Shown here: one piece after another, positions 12,332 to 25,500 of the stretch
How positions within the stretch are numbered: position 1 is the first letter of the stretch
Layout: the number at the start of each line of letters is the position of its first letter
Assembly: GCA_004431415.1 (NCBI GenBank)
Contig: QPMI01000553.1
Location: forward strand, 124,001-188,000
Direction of reading: 5' to 3'
Source: Cyanophora paradoxa CCMP329
Taxonomy: Eukaryota > Plantae > Glaucophyta
DNA: 64,000 nt
Notes under the pieces: model-generated
Told to the model about the DNA's origin: nothing
What the model saw: only the letters and a program-made list of their open reading frames with translations
Database searches by the model: none
Program-made: the position numbers and the translations under genes

Positions 12332-15300
12332 ATGATCGTGGTGCAGCCCGAGTGGGTGACGCACGCAGGTGCTCCTGCAACCCCACTGTGCCCCGCTCTG
12401 GCCCCGACGGGGCCTACGCCGCCCCTGCTCACCGCGGCGCGCCTCCCGCCCCTCCGACAGGCAACGCGATCTGGAGCATCGACATTCATCCGGATGGCAC
12501 GCGCCTGGCGACGGCCGGAGGTGGTGTGCCTGCCTCGCGCTCCTCGGCGAACGCGCATGTTCGCCTCGGCTGCGTTCCCTGACGCGCACGTGCATGCGCA
12601 GACTCGACAATCAAGATATGGAGCACGGCTGTGCTGTTCGACGAGGAAAAGAAGAGCGGGGACGAGGGCACGGTCGAGCTGTGCGTCATCAAGAACCACC
12701 AGGCCGGCGTGAACTGCGTGCGGTGGTCGCACAACGGCCGCTACCTCGCGTCCGCTTCGGACGACCTCAATGTGAGCCGCCGCCCGCCGCCGCCCGCTTC
12801 AGCTGACCCCGAACACCCCAGGTCGGCGTGTTTGAGCGGAAGGCCATGCAGGGCTTCGGCGGCAGCGAGATGTGGGGCGCTGTCCAGATGATGCGCGGCC
12901 ACAAAATGGGTGCGAAAGCCTCCGCGCTGGCCGCCGCGCGACGCCGACGCCGACGGCGCGCTGCAGACATCAGTGACCTGGCGTGGAGCCCCGATGACCG
13001 GTACATCGCCACCGCGAGCTTCGACTCGACTGTCATCGTCTGGGACGCCGAGCGCTTCAGTGCGTGCTTCCGCCGCCGCCGCTGCTGCTGCCGTCCGCCC
13101 GCCCGTCCCAGGGACCGCGCAGCTCACCCAGCCCGCAGCGCAACTGGCGCAGCTCGGCTCGTCCAACCCGGAGGCGGTGCCGGCGACGGTGGGACACACG
13201 GGCTGGGTACAGGGCCTGGCCTGGGACCCGCTCGGCAAGTACCTGGCTAGCCAGGGCGCGGACAAGACCGTCATCGTGTGGCGCTCCGCAGACTGGAGCG
13301 CCCACGAGCACGTCCGAAAGGCGCGGGGGGGCGTCTTTCTCCGCCGCGGCGTCGCTCACGGCCCCCGCAGCCGTTCCGCAACGCCATCGGATCGATCCTC
13401 TTCCGCCGCCTCTCGTGCGCCCGCCTCCTCCTGCTCCGGCGCCCGCAAGTGAGCGCGCACCCGACGCGGCGGGGCGCAGGTGGTCCCCCGACGGCGAGTA
13501 CGTCGCGACGACGAACGCGTTCAAGAAGCCCTCGCACGTCGCGTCCATCCTCGCCCGCTCCAAGGGCTTCGAGGCCCGCGCCCGCTGTCTCGCTTTCTCG
13601 CTTTCTCGCCCTCTCCTTCTTGAACGGCCCTGTTCTAACGCGTTCCTTCAGGTCTCGCACGACTTCGTGGGGCACGAGACGCCCGTCGTCGTCGCGGTGC
13701 GTGTTTCGGAGCGCGCAACGACGTACCCGCCCGGCGCCCCGACTCGATTCGGCGCAGCGGTTCAACCCGGTGATATTCCGGCGCGAGAGTGCGGAGGGGG
13801 AGGTGTCGGGGTACACGGTCTGCGCCGTCGGTTCCCAGGACGCCATGATCTCCGTGTGGGCGACGCACTCCACCCGCCCCATCGTCATCGCCCAGGCGCC
13901 CGCGTTTCCCTACCCCCCACCCCCGAGCCGATCCCTTAGCCCGGCCTGATCATCTCCCCCCCTCCTCCCCGCAGGACCTCTTCGGCCAGTCGATCGTGGA
14001 CATCGCGTGGAGCCCGGACGGGTACACGCTCGCCTGCTGCGCGGCGGACGGCGGCGTCGCCCTCTTCCGCTTCAAGGCCGAGGAGCTGGGCCAGCCCCTC
14101 TCGGCCGACGAGCGCGCCCGCATCCTCTCTTCCCTCTACGGCGACATCGTCGGTACCCCCCTGCCCTCCTTCCCCCCCCTCTCCTCCCTCCGCTGAGGTG
14201 TTTGCAGGGGTCGGAGCGGGGGCGCCGGCCCCGCTGGTGGAGACGCCCGACCTGCTGAGCCTCGAGCAGCGGGCGGCGGCTCGCCGGGCCGAGCGCGCAT
14301 CGGCCGGCCCCGACGCGTCGGCCCTGGACAGCCCGCCCGCCTCGCGGCCGGCGCTGGCCGCCCCCGTCGGCACCTCCCAGCAGATCGAGAGCCGCACGCG
14401 CGACGGCCGCCGCCGCATCACCCCGCAAGTCCTCGCCTCGTGCGCCCTCTTGGATGCTGTACCCCGACCCCCTCTGACGCGATTCGTGCAGCGTACCCCT
14501 CCCCGCGGCGGCGTCCTCCCTCGTTTCCTCCCCCTCCTCGCAACCGAACGTCGCCCCTCCTCGCGCCGCGTCCCCTGCGCAGCCGGTGCGCCCGCTCCGT
14601 CCCTCCCGTCGCTCCGCTCCCAGCACATTGTTGAGCCCGCGAACGCAGGGCCCCAGCGGGAGCGCTGCCGGCGGTCCGGAGCCGGGCCCGAGCGCGGCGG
14701 CGGCGCCCACAGCGGGCCCCAGCGGGGCCAACGGCCCTGTCCCTCGGCCTCGGCCCCCTCCGCCCCGCCCCCGCCCCCGGCTTCGGCTCGCCGCCGCCGC
14801 AGTCCCAGCGGCCCTCGGCCAGCCCGCCCGTCGCGGCGAGCTCATCGACGGGGCCGCCGCCCGTCTTCAGCGGGCCCTCGTCGGCGGGAAAGGCCCCGGG
14901 CGAGCACGCCGGCGTGAAGCGGAAGGGGCCGCCAGTCGGCCCCGCCGCCCGCATGGCCGCCCACGTGCGCCCCGCCCTCCGACGCACGATCGCCGCAGCT
15001 GACGCCGCGCGCGCACACACAGGCGCCGGGCGCGAGCGCCGGCACGTCGCCGGCGCCGGCGAAGAAGGGACGCCCCGCGCAGATCGTGTCTCCGCCGCAG
15101 GCGCCCAAGCCGCACGCGCGGGCCGGCCCCTCCTCCGCCTCCGCCGCCGCCGCCGCCTCCGCCTCGGCCCCGCGGAGGCCGGGCAGGCGGCGCCCGCCGC
15201 CCGGGCCGGCCCGCTCCTGGCGGCGCCCCCGCTCAAGGCGACCCTTAACCGGCAGCTGATGCGGACGCCGGGGTACATCCCGCCGCCCCCGCCCACGGCG

Positions 15301-16645
15301 GCGGCGGGCGCGGAGGGCGCCCCGGGGGCGGCCCCGGGCGGCGCCGCGCAGGCGGACGGCATGACCTTCCTCGAAGTCAGCGTGGCGCCGCTGCCGGCGG
15401 CGGCCGGCGGCGCCGGCGCCGGCTTCGTCTCGACGCTGCGCTGCGTGGGGCGCGGCGCGCTGCTCTGGACGGACCGCGTGTACGCGCGGGCGTGCGCCGT
15501 GGCCGGCAACACGGGCGTCTTCGCCGCGTGCGCCTTCGACGACGGGTCGCTCTCCGTCTACAGCCCCGCCGGCCGCCGCGTGCGCTCCGCCCCGCCTCGC
15601 TGTACCTCTCGTTCCTTATCTAACGATATGCCTCAGGTGATGCCGCCGCTGGCGCTGGGGGCGCAGGCGGTCGTCCTCGAGAGCAGCAGCGGGGCGCACC
15701 TGCTCGCGGTCACGGCGCAGGCGCGCGTCTGGCTCTGGGACGTCGCCAGGCGGGCGTGCCTCATGGAGGGCAGCGCGGAGGCCCTCCTCGCGTGCGCCCC
15801 GCCGGGCACCTCGGTCGAGCGCGGGGCGGTGGAGGAGGCGACGGGCGCCCCCGTGCTCACTCTCTCCACCGGCGAGTCGTTCCTCTGGTCCGCCGCGATG
15901 CGCGCCTGGCTCCGCGTGGCGGACGCCCAGGGGCTCCACTCCGACTTCTTCACCACGGCGCGCCCTTCTTTCTTCCGTTTGCTTGCTTCGTCTTCGTCTA
16001 GTCTTGCTGACGGCGGCCCCAGGCGCCGCACGGGATCGGGTCGGAGGGGCGGGGCCTGCTTGCGGCGCTGCAGGCGCGGGCGGCGCAGCAGGCCGGCGTC
16101 AGCGGGGCGCTCTTGAGCGCGGGGCGGGCGCACCAGACCGCCGACACCATCTCTCACCTCGAGGCGCGCCGCGAGATTTGATCCGCGCGCCCTCTGCCCC
16201 CGCCTGACGTGAGGGCGGGCGCACAGGCGATGCTGGCGAGCGCGGAGGCGGTGCAGGCGGCGGGGGAGTACAGGCGCTGGGTCAAACCGTACGCCCGGCG
16301 GCTCGCGGAGGCAGCGGACCCCGCCGCCGTCGCCAAGCTCCGCGAGCTCTGCGACTCGCTCCTCGGGCCCCACGCCGACGCCGGGGCCGCCGCCCCTCCC
16401 GCGGGGGCCGCCCCCGCCTGGCGCGCCCTCCTCTTCCCTGGCCTCCCCAAGCGGCAGGTGCGCGCGCCCTCGGATTCCCGTACCCCTCGACACGGCGAAA
16501 CCCGTACCCCCCGCAGGTGCTGGAGGAGGACGTGCTGCCGCAGCTGGCGACGACGCGCGCCGTACCCGTGCAGCGCCTCTTCGCCGACTGCCGCGCCGCC
16601 ATCGACGCCCTCAAGGCCCGTGCCGCTGCCGCGGGGGGGAACTGA
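12332..16645 (+). CDS. HIRA: HIRA histone H3.3 chaperone (WD40 repeats, B-motif, Hira C-domain), multi-exon
   Basis: PEWVTH, AIWSIDIHPDGTRLATAGG, VNCVRWS, GHTGWVQGLAWDPLGKYLASQGADKT, RRLSWSPDG, DFVGH; B-domain RTRDGRRRITP; C-domain YSPAGRRVMPPL and TISHLE...EYRRWVKPYARRL. Confidence 0.95.
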
Positions 16646-16854
16646 GGGGCGCCGGCGGACTTGTTGTTCGGATCTGCTGGCCGCGTGCTTCTGTGCAGTG
16701 TCGCCATATATAAATTCATATCTTTGCGAGGCCGAGCTCGAGGTGCAGTGTTCCCCGGTCAGGGGGTACAGTTCGCACGCCCGGGGTAGAAAGCCGTGGC
16801 CTGCGGGGTACACAACATCAGTCCGCGCCAAAAAGCATCGACCGGCGGCGAGCG

Positions 16855-18801
16855 ATGGCGGGCGTCGACGAGCAGCGAGCAGCGAAGCGCGCGCGCGTCG
16901 TGGAGGCTCCGCAGGCGGAGAATCCCTTCGATCGCTTGCCTGACGAGCTCGTTCAGCGCATCTTCAGCGAGCTCGAGGCGACTGCAGCGTACGAGGAGAG
17001 CCAGCTGTGGTCTCTCGATCGGAGATTCGCGCGGCTAATGCGGGGCGTTCAATGGAAGGAGCTGCGGGTTGAGCCTGCAGCTGCAACTGGGAGAGCCGAA
17101 TCATTTGCGCAATTGCTGCAACGCGTGGGAGAAGAACGGGAAGCGTTCAGAAGACGTGTTCGCCGAGTCGCGGCCCGCGCTCAGAGCCAGGCGCTCGCTG
17201 GCTGCCGTTCGCTTGTCGTGCGTACGGCCAAAACGTTAGTGCCCATGACTAGCTTCAGGGTGGGCGCAAAGGAGCGTATGCAGGCGTCCATCGATGCAGT
17301 TTTTGATATAACAGGTGCGCGCATGTCGATCGAATGCGCTCGAGCTCGTCGATCGCGATCGCGATGCATGCGACATGCATATGTGATGCTCGAGCTCGCT
17401 CGATTCGCAGAGATGCTGGCCGCCCTATCCACGTCGCCCGTGCCGCTGGAGAATGTCTGCTTCGCAGAGAGCTGGTCAAACTGGCCTAGCAACGAGGACC
17501 AACAGAAGATGGGCGTCACGCCAAAGTCTTTGGAGGACGTTGCGCGCGCCTTCCAGACAGCGCTGCACCCGGCCCCGCTCCGCGCGCTCAAGCTGGACGA
17601 CTTTTGCATGGTGTCAGCTTTCATTGCAGCCGCAGTGCCTGGTTTGTTTCCGCACCTTCGGAAGCTGTACCTGGAAATGACGGATGCGTCGCTTCCAGTC
17701 GAGTCGACGGTTCGCGCGCTTTAGACTACTTGCAAGTCGGCTTAGATTAGTGATAACTTCGAACGCGTGCGCAGTCAAAGCTGGTGCAGGCCTGGCCGCG
17801 CGTGGCGACACTTCTGTGCAGAGCGAAGGATGGCGTCGCGCTTGGGGAGCTGGCGAAACTCCCACTGGAGGACCTGCGGGTCATTGTCGATGGGGCAGAC
17901 GGTCTGGAGGAAGGGCTGAAGGCGCTACATGCCGACAGCGTCCTAGAGTTGTGCCTGCCTGAGCAAGTCGTTGGTCCGAGTGTCCTTGCATCCTTGCTGC
18001 GATTCCGATGCGCTACGCTCTTGTCAGCAACGGTTTGCGTTATCGTTGATCTAAGCTTGCGTCCGGGTCCTCTGTTCTGATTCGTCGTACAACAGGTGGA
18101 CAGTGCATCCAGCAGCTTCGTCGAGCGTCTCAACTCTCTACAGAGCCTAACCACTTTGAGGCTGAACCTCTACGTGTGTAACACGCCAATCCTCAACTAT
18201 TTAATATGTACTGAACCTGACTTGCGATCGTCACACAGGTTTCCGGCTCGTCCGATGGCGGGGCGGGGCTGCTTGGAGCTGCAGCGGCGGCGCTTGGTGC
18301 TTCATCACGGTTGTATATTCTGAGCATATTGATCCTCAACAATGCTGGCCATGGATTAGATGTGGATATCGATCCCGCAGCCCTCGCATCTTTTATCCGT
18401 GCTGTTCGTCTGAGCACCACGAGTCTCACTATCGACGGCGGGCCGGCCGTGGTAGAGGTTCTGCGGGTGCTCCATTCCGCCAATTCATTCCGGTTCTCCC
18501 GCCGCTCGATCACGAGCTCATAGCGTGCCTCCGGATCCAGGAAATTGGGCGGCCCGGCCCGAAGCTGAAGGAGGTGGCCTACAATTACAGCGCCACCGAG
18601 AACAACGGCATCGACACCCTCTCTGCCTTCAGCGAGCTGCGCAACCTGTCCAACGACCGTCTAGACAACTTCAAGATGGATCTGAGCATTCGCCTCTCCG
18701 ACGCGCTTGAAAAGGAGGCATGCGCCATTCTTCGCGGCTGGCTAAAGGGTAGAAAGCTCCCTATCTCAGTCACTGTAAATCTAGAGAGCGTAGACCTGTG
18801 A
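16855..18801 (+). CDS. F-box protein with degenerate leucine-rich C-terminal region, multi-exon
   Basis: NPFDRLPDELVQRIFSEL...LWSLDRRFARL is an F-box-like motif. LRR-like pieces FPHLRKLYL and LQSLTTLRLNL. Visibly lower GC than the neighbours. Confidence 0.6.
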
Positions 18802-18808
18802 GCAACAG

Positions 18809-19320
18809 TGAGCTCGAGCTCGAGCTCGGTTCAACGGTTATGTACGTATATATATACGTACACGTAGTCCAGCTCTAGTAGCTGACTGCCCCGCCGCAGG
18901 GGGCGTCGCAACTGCAATGATTGCAGTTACGCTTAATGCACATATGCATGTCAGAACCGTCGGAACCCTTACTATACTTCGATCATGAGACTCTGAAAAG
19001 ATGCAGCGCTAGCTGGCCTGCTAGCTGCCGCAGTGCATGCGCAGGCTGGAGGCTGCTGCGCTAACTCGAGGGCAAATTAAATTTAAGAATCTTTTTTTTA
19101 GAAAAGGCTGATCGATAAGGGATATGAAAAATGCGATCTGATCTGATTCTGAAATAACTATGCAGCATGCAGTGGTATGCACTGAAGTAAGCGCCGTACT
19201 AAGCGGCCCCTGGCGACTATATAGCTAGGAATGACTATGAATGACTGCACTGCAATGAATATTAATTCGAATGACTATGCGCATACGTAGACGTCCCTGC
19301 CAGATAATTGAAAGTTTTGG
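18809..19320. repeat. Palindrome-rich intergenic spacer
   Basis: (GAGCTC)n chain at ~18810-18828; perfect 22-bp palindrome TGTACGTATATATATACGTACA at 18841-18862; many overlapping 6-mers (GCTAGC, CAGCTG, ATGCAT). Confidence 0.7.
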
Positions 19321-19715
19321 TAAAATAATCTACAAGGCTACAAGATCTAAAGATAATCAGACAGCTAACGCTTGCTGGTGCCGGATCCAGCGGCGAGCCC
19401 TCGGAGGGGCTGCGCTAGGCGGGCGGGGCCCCTCGGAGCAGCCACTGGGGGCTCCATCTACTAGGCTGCGCCCTGAGATAAATGCAATGTGAAGTGCTGT
19501 GAAGCTAGAAGGTCGAGTGCCGCTCCGGCCGGCGCCGGGAGGGCTCGAGCTCCAGCCGGCTCCAGCTAGGCGGGGCCTCTCCAGCTCGAGCCAGGCGTCT
19601 CCAGCTTCGGAAGCTACTAGGCTAGGAGATCGAGTGCCACTCCGGCCGACGGCCCGGCGGGCCCCAGCCGGCTCCAGCCGGCTCCGGCGAGGCGGCTCCA
19701 GCCGGCCCCCTCCCC

Positions 19716-22094
19716 TCAGGGGCGCGGGGAGGGGAGCTCGAGGCCCTCGGGGAGGAGGCCCTCCCAGGCGGGGAAGAGCTCCCACGACTCCCGGTGCGCC
19801 GCCACCTGAGGCCAGAGGAATGTCGGGCGAGGGGGGGGAGCAGAGGGCGCAGCAAGGATGCGGACCTGCGCCGTGAAGCGCGGCGGGCGCAGCCCATCCC
19901 ACTCCTCCTCCTCCACCCTGCGACGCCGACGTGATCAATAATTTTAAATAATCCGCTGGGCTGGAACGTGTACGTCTACGACGCCGTGGACGGAATCGAG
20001 CCGGATCCCGGCGCAGAGCCTAGCCTAGCCCAGTATCTAGCAGTCTAGCCTATAGCTAGTAGCACTCCGGTTGGAGTCATGATCAAGCCCTCAAAGAGCC
20101 CCGCGCGCGCGCGCTTGCGCACCTCACGTCGTACTCGGTGGAGCCCGAGAGGCGCACGCAGGGGCGCCAGGGCAGCCGCAGCGTCACCTCCAGCTCCCAC
20201 CGCTGACGTCGATCTATATTTAGCGCCCGAGAGGGTTTGATTCTGAGGGGGGTACGCACCGCGAGGACGACGGCGTCGATCGCCGAGTCCGCGTCGAACT
20301 CGCGGTAGCCCCCTGAAAGAGGCTGGCGCCGGATCTGGCCGCGGCTTGAGCTCGAGCTCGAGCTGAGGCGAGGGAAGAGGTAAAAGCGTACCCTGTAGAT
20401 CCGCTCGCGGGCCTCGGCGCTTACCGTCCGGCTTGCCGCCAGCTCCAGTGGGGTCGACGGCTCCGGCTGGAAGGGGTACAGCTGCGTAAAGGCTCGGTCG
20501 ACGGGGGGTACCGGTGCCAGCGAACAAGCGGGGGTACCACGACCAGGTCCTGGAGCTCGAGGTCGACGTCCGACGCGAGGCGGGAGAGCTGCCGGATCTG
20601 AGGGGCACATGGAGATTTAGAGGGGTACACATATTCCGGGGGGTACGCTGCGCCGCGCCTGCTTGCGGTACTCGGGGAGGGTCCGCTCCCCCCACAGTGG
20701 GTCCGAGAAGACGCAGTCGGGCGCGTAGGCCCCCCGCGCGCCGGCCACGAGGTACTGGGGTACAGAATACGATACTCAGCAAACCAGGGGTACGGAGAAA
20801 ATCAGGAGGCGTACCCCCTGCTCGTACTCCCGGAGGATGGCTGCCTCGACCAGGCCGATGGCCTGCGAACGAAGCTCCCGCCTCCGGCTCGCCTGCGCAA
20901 GAGCGCTCAGATCTCAGATTGTTTCATAGGGGTACGCCGTTTCTCGCCTCGAGGGAGGCCGCCCCGGGGGACAGGATTCTCCTGTTAGGGCCCTCCTCCG
21001 GCTCGTCAACCGCATCCACAAGCCCTTGGATCTGTGGGGGGTACACCGTAAGTTCTAAATTTAGAAGGAGGAGGGGGGTACGGCCGCGGGCTACCTTGTG
21101 GGCGACGGCTTCGGCGCCGAGAACGCCTCCGGCGCTGGCGGCGCTGAGGGACCCGTCGGCTGCGGCGCCCATCTGCAGCGCGCCCATCGGCCCCTCCATC
21201 CTGCGCGCGCGCGTACCCCCCTCAGCCCCCGGACCGGGGGCGGGGATGCTCGCGAGAGATCCATCGGCGCACTCTGCCATCATGACCTGGACGGTTTCCG
21301 GGGTTCTGCGGCCGCGCAAGGGTCACGGTCAGGGCCGGGCGGCGGAGCAGGGGGGGAGAGGGGGGGGGTACGCGCTCGTAGGGGAGGGCCCAGAGCATGG
21401 CCGCCATCAGAGCCGCGGAGTAAGTCTCCGAGTTTTCCTGCCGGCGGGATGCGCGTCGGGCCTCGCAGCTGATTTAAATCTCCTTCAAAATGGAGAGCGA
21501 AAGGCGCACCTCGCAAATCTCGCTTCCGTACGAGAGGAACTTGAGGAGGCACAGGCCGAGCCGGATCTCGGCGGCCCGCCGGAGCGCCCATACGCCGGAC
21601 AGGAAGAGCTGGTCCCGAAGCAGCTCGGGAGTCGGCGGGGGCGGCAGGCGGGGGCGGAGCCGAAGCGGCAGCGGCGCCGGGAGCTCCGGCGGCGCGAGGG
21701 CGCCGAGCGATGTCGACGCGATCCTGGCGGCACGCTCCAGCAGCTCGGCCGGGAACGGCCGCCTTGCGCTTTGCTCCTGCGCGGGTCCCTCGGGCGCCGG
21801 CGGCGGCGGCGACGGCGCCTCCGCCACGACCGATCGCTCTAGCTCCGCCGCTGCCCGGGAGCCCCGCTCCGTCGCCGACGCGAATACAAACGGCGAGTTC
21901 CGCCTTATCCGTGCCCGCTCGTACGCTCGACGGGCGCCGACGGCGGCGCCAGCGCCGCGCCACGTGCCCCGCGTACAGAGCGGCCAGCCCGCCGCATTTG
22001 CGTGGACGCGTGCTGGGCAGGAAACTGCTAGGAACGCTGCGCCGGGCCGGCTACTCGGTTCTGGGCGGTCCGCCGGCGGCGTTCTCGGCATCAT
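19716..22094 (-). CDS. Probable multi-exon organelle-targeted protein with a C-terminal DUF2358-like (NTF2-like) region
   Basis: Late exons RWELEVTLRLPWRPCVRLSGSTEYD and VAAHRESWELF resemble the LPWxP...G.T.Y...H.E.W pattern of DUF2358. Arg/Ala/Pro-rich N-terminus. Exon chain only partly resolved. Confidence 0.45.
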
Positions 22095-22530
22095 GCGCTT
22101 CGCACGTGCCCCTCGGATGAACCGGACGGTTGGTCGCCGGGATCCAGGGTCTGTTTAGATGCTACGCTACTACAGATGATGGCCCTGGGAGCAGTCGCGA
22201 ACTCGCGCGCGTGCTTGCTGTGCCGCGCTTGCTGAAAGTGCTGTACCCCCTTGGACAAGATTCGATCTTCGAACCCGCGCGAGGCGCTGCATGGCGGCGC
22301 AAGCTTAAGCTTGCCGCATTGCACTGTCCGATGCTTGCGTGCACTCGTGTACGTGAAATTTGAATGCTCGCCTGAATGCCCGTGAATCCTCCACCTGATC
22401 ATGAATGCTCGTACGCGTGTCGTAATGAATACCTGATAACTTACTTATCCTTGTACCTAGCCTGCCGTGCTATGCAGCTACGTGTACGGGCCGGCGCCTG
22501 CGCGGCGCCCGGCTGCTAAGAAGCTCGTCA

Positions 22531-25500
22531 TCAGACGCCGAGGATGTCGCGGAGGACCATGCGGAAGGTCCGCTTCTGCTTCCGCGGCACAATCCGCCAG
22601 CCTGCGCGGCGCCGCCCGGCGGCCTCGTTAAGGGCGGCGGGCCGGGCGAGGGCGGAAGTTTAAGGGGCTCGCACCGAGGGCGAGGACGGACTGAATGGTC
22701 GAGCGGACCGTGTTCAGGTCGTTCTTCTGCGGGGGGTGGGGCGGTCAGCCGAGGGGAAGAACTCGCGAGGAGAGCGAGAGGGGATGAAATGCTCCGGCGC
22801 CAATGAAGGCACAAGCTAAGAGCGCTGGTAGTTAGTAGAGGTACCCCCCCCCTCCGCCCCTCTACCCTCTATCTTTCCCGCGCCTTCTCGTCCTCGGTGA
22901 GGAGCTCGTAGGGGACCAGAAGGTTGTGCTGCTTCTTCCGGTCGTTCAGAGCCTCCGAGTACCTGAGAGGGGGAGGGGGGTACGGCGTTAGGAACGGGTA
23001 GAGGTAGGGGCGGGGTACGTGGTGGTGCGCACGTCCAGCCCTCCTCCTTGCGCTTCTTGGCCCAGAGCTGGACGCGGCGGTTGCGACGTGAGGGGAAGCC
23101 GGGGAGGGGGGCGGGGGGGTGGGGTGGGGGGTACAGGGCGCACGTCGTGGGCGTTTTTCGCGAGCAGTTCGATCAGCTCCATGACGTCGTCGCTCTCCTT
23201 CACCCCCGACACGTCGATCTGCGTACCCCGCCCGGGCCGGCGACGTCACGGTCTGAAACAACGAAGGGGGGGGAGGAGGCGTGCCTGGCGGAGGGTGTAG
23301 CCCGGCTTGAGGGCGCCGGGGAAGCGATCCTGCCCCGGTACAGGCACAAGGCTGCGCGGGGGAAGTTGGGGCGGCATCCGGAGAGCGGGGTGGGAGGAGG
23401 GGTGGGGGTACCTGGACGCGCCGGACCCGCCGGCGTCGGCGCCCTCGGGGGGTACGAGGTCGTACCCGAAGAAGATCACGGCCCGCAGGATCTATGCAGG
23501 AGGGGCGCTCGCGTTGAGCGAAGAACAAGGGCGGGGGGAGGAATCGCCGGGGGGGGGGTACGGGGATGACCTGGATGGCCATGTCGACGTCGTAGGCGCG
23601 CTCCTCGTCGGAGAGCTCGTCGAAGGGCTTCAGGCAGTTGTGCATCTGGCGGGGCGGCCGGGCGGTGAGGCGGGCGGGGCGGGCGCGGCGGTGAGACGGT
23701 GAGGCCGGCGCAGTCGACGTCGTTGCCCGGGGGGCGGCGGGGGGGGGAGGGGGGCGGGGACCTTGCTGGCGTTGTCGCGGTTGGGACCGTACCTCCAGCC
23801 CCCGTCCAGCTTCGACATCGACCACGCTGCGCCGAAACGGTCGTTCTTTCTTCCTTCTTTCTTTCGCCCCGAGCGTCGAAGCAGCAGCAGCGGGGATGGA
23901 GGGGCCGCGCGCACCGTCGTGCACGACCGCGCCGAGGGTCAGCACGAGCTGCGCCGGGGCGGGCATATCAGCCGCCGAGAGGCGATGCGATGCGAGTAGA
24001 GACGAGTAGAGGCGCCGGGCCTCCGGGCTCCTCCTTCCCCACCTCCGCTCTACCCCGGAGGACCGCAGCACTCTCATTTCCATCGCTCCTCTACCCTCCC
24101 TCCGCTCCTCCTACCCCCCCTCTGCTCCACGCACCTTGGAGAGGACCTTCTTGGGGTCACGGTCGCTGTCGGCGATCTCCGAGGTGTCGTAGGGGCGCGG
24201 CACGTACGCCTCGCCCCGCTCCTGCTCCACCACCAGCGCGTCGAAGCAGCTGTTCGGGAAGCTCGACAGGAACCTGCGGAGGAAGGAGAGAGGGCGTGGC
24301 AGTGAGACTTCGAAATCCATCAGACGGGAAGGGCGGCGGCGGAATGCCGGGGCCCGACCTGATGGCCTCCTTCTTGATGTCGATCTCGTCGAAGCCGGTG
24401 CGGCCCGAGCGGATGAGCATGTCCCGGATCAGGTCGCACACCTGAGGCGCGTCGGGGGAGGAGGAGGAGGAGGAGGTGGAGGAGGCGCGGGGGGGGGGGG
24501 GGGGGGGGGGGGGGGACTTCCGCCCCTCGCGGCGGCGCATATGCATGCACGCACCTCGTCGAAGCGCAGGCCCTCCACGATCTGGCGGGGCGGGGCTCAG
24601 AGAAGGCCGGCCGGCCGGCTCAAAGCAGAGCAAAGCGTAGCAGAGCAAAGGGACGGGCGCACGTAGGAGCCGCCCTCGCCGGCGGCGTTGCGGTAGAGCT
24701 CCTCGACGCGGCGGTCGAAGGCCTCCGCCGCCGCCGACAGCTCCCCGTACACCCTACGGGGGGGGGGGGGGGGGGGGGGGAGCGTGAGGCCCCGAGGTCG
24801 CGAGGCCCGCACACGAAAGACGGGAAGGGTGGGAGGGGCGGGGCGGGGCGGGGAGGGGCGGGGCGGGCGGACCGGGAGACCTCCTTGAGGACGCCGTCCT
24901 CCGTCTGGTTCGCCCGCTCCAGCAACTCGCTGCGTCGCGTCGTACCCCCCCTCAGCGGCCCCTCGCGGGAGGAGAGGGGGGGGGAAGAGAGGCGGGGGCG
25001 CACTGCGTGCTGCCCGAGCGGGTCGCGCCGGGGGCCTCGCCGGCCCCCGCCGCCCGCCCCGCCCCCAGGATGCTCTTCGAGATCTGCCGACGCAGCCGCC
25101 CTCCCTCAGCGCCCTGGGAGGCACGGGGGCTTACCCTCCCCTCCCCTCTAGCCCCCCTCCCCCCCCCTCTAGCCCGATGCTCGCCTCGTTGAGGCGCTTG
25201 TAGAGGGCGTCGATGTGGAGCGCCTCGTACACCAGGTGCCCCACCCGCTCCTCGTTCATCCCCTGCGCCCCGCCCGCTCCTCGCTCAGCTGAGACGTCCG
25301 TGGACGGAGCTAGCTAGCTCGGCTGGGGCGCACGGGGATGTTCTTGTTGTGGGCCTCGATCTCGAGGTGGCGGATGACCCAGAGCATGTCGTCCAGCCTG
25401 GCGCGGGGCTCGGGGGAGGAGGAGGGGCAGGGGGAGGGCGAGGCGGCGGACCGGTAGGACTCGCGCCGCCGCTCGCCGGCGGCCTTGTTGCGGAGCTCCT

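Noticed and set aside
14600-15240. Apparent frameshifts in GC-rich low-complexity exons (HIRA middle; also POLK ~3215, PDE ~38570, GPR107-like tail 48780-49150)
   Set aside because: They sit in G/C runs with no slippery heptamer or conserved context. Assembly indels or unrecognised introns are more likely than programmed frameshifting or pseudogenisation.
19480-19760. Short repeated units (GGCTCCAGCC; two copies of TCGAGTGCC.CTCCGGCCG) considered as a CRISPR-like array
   Set aside because: Irregular spacing, no unique spacers, no cas genes, and a eukaryotic context; it is a local degenerate duplication.
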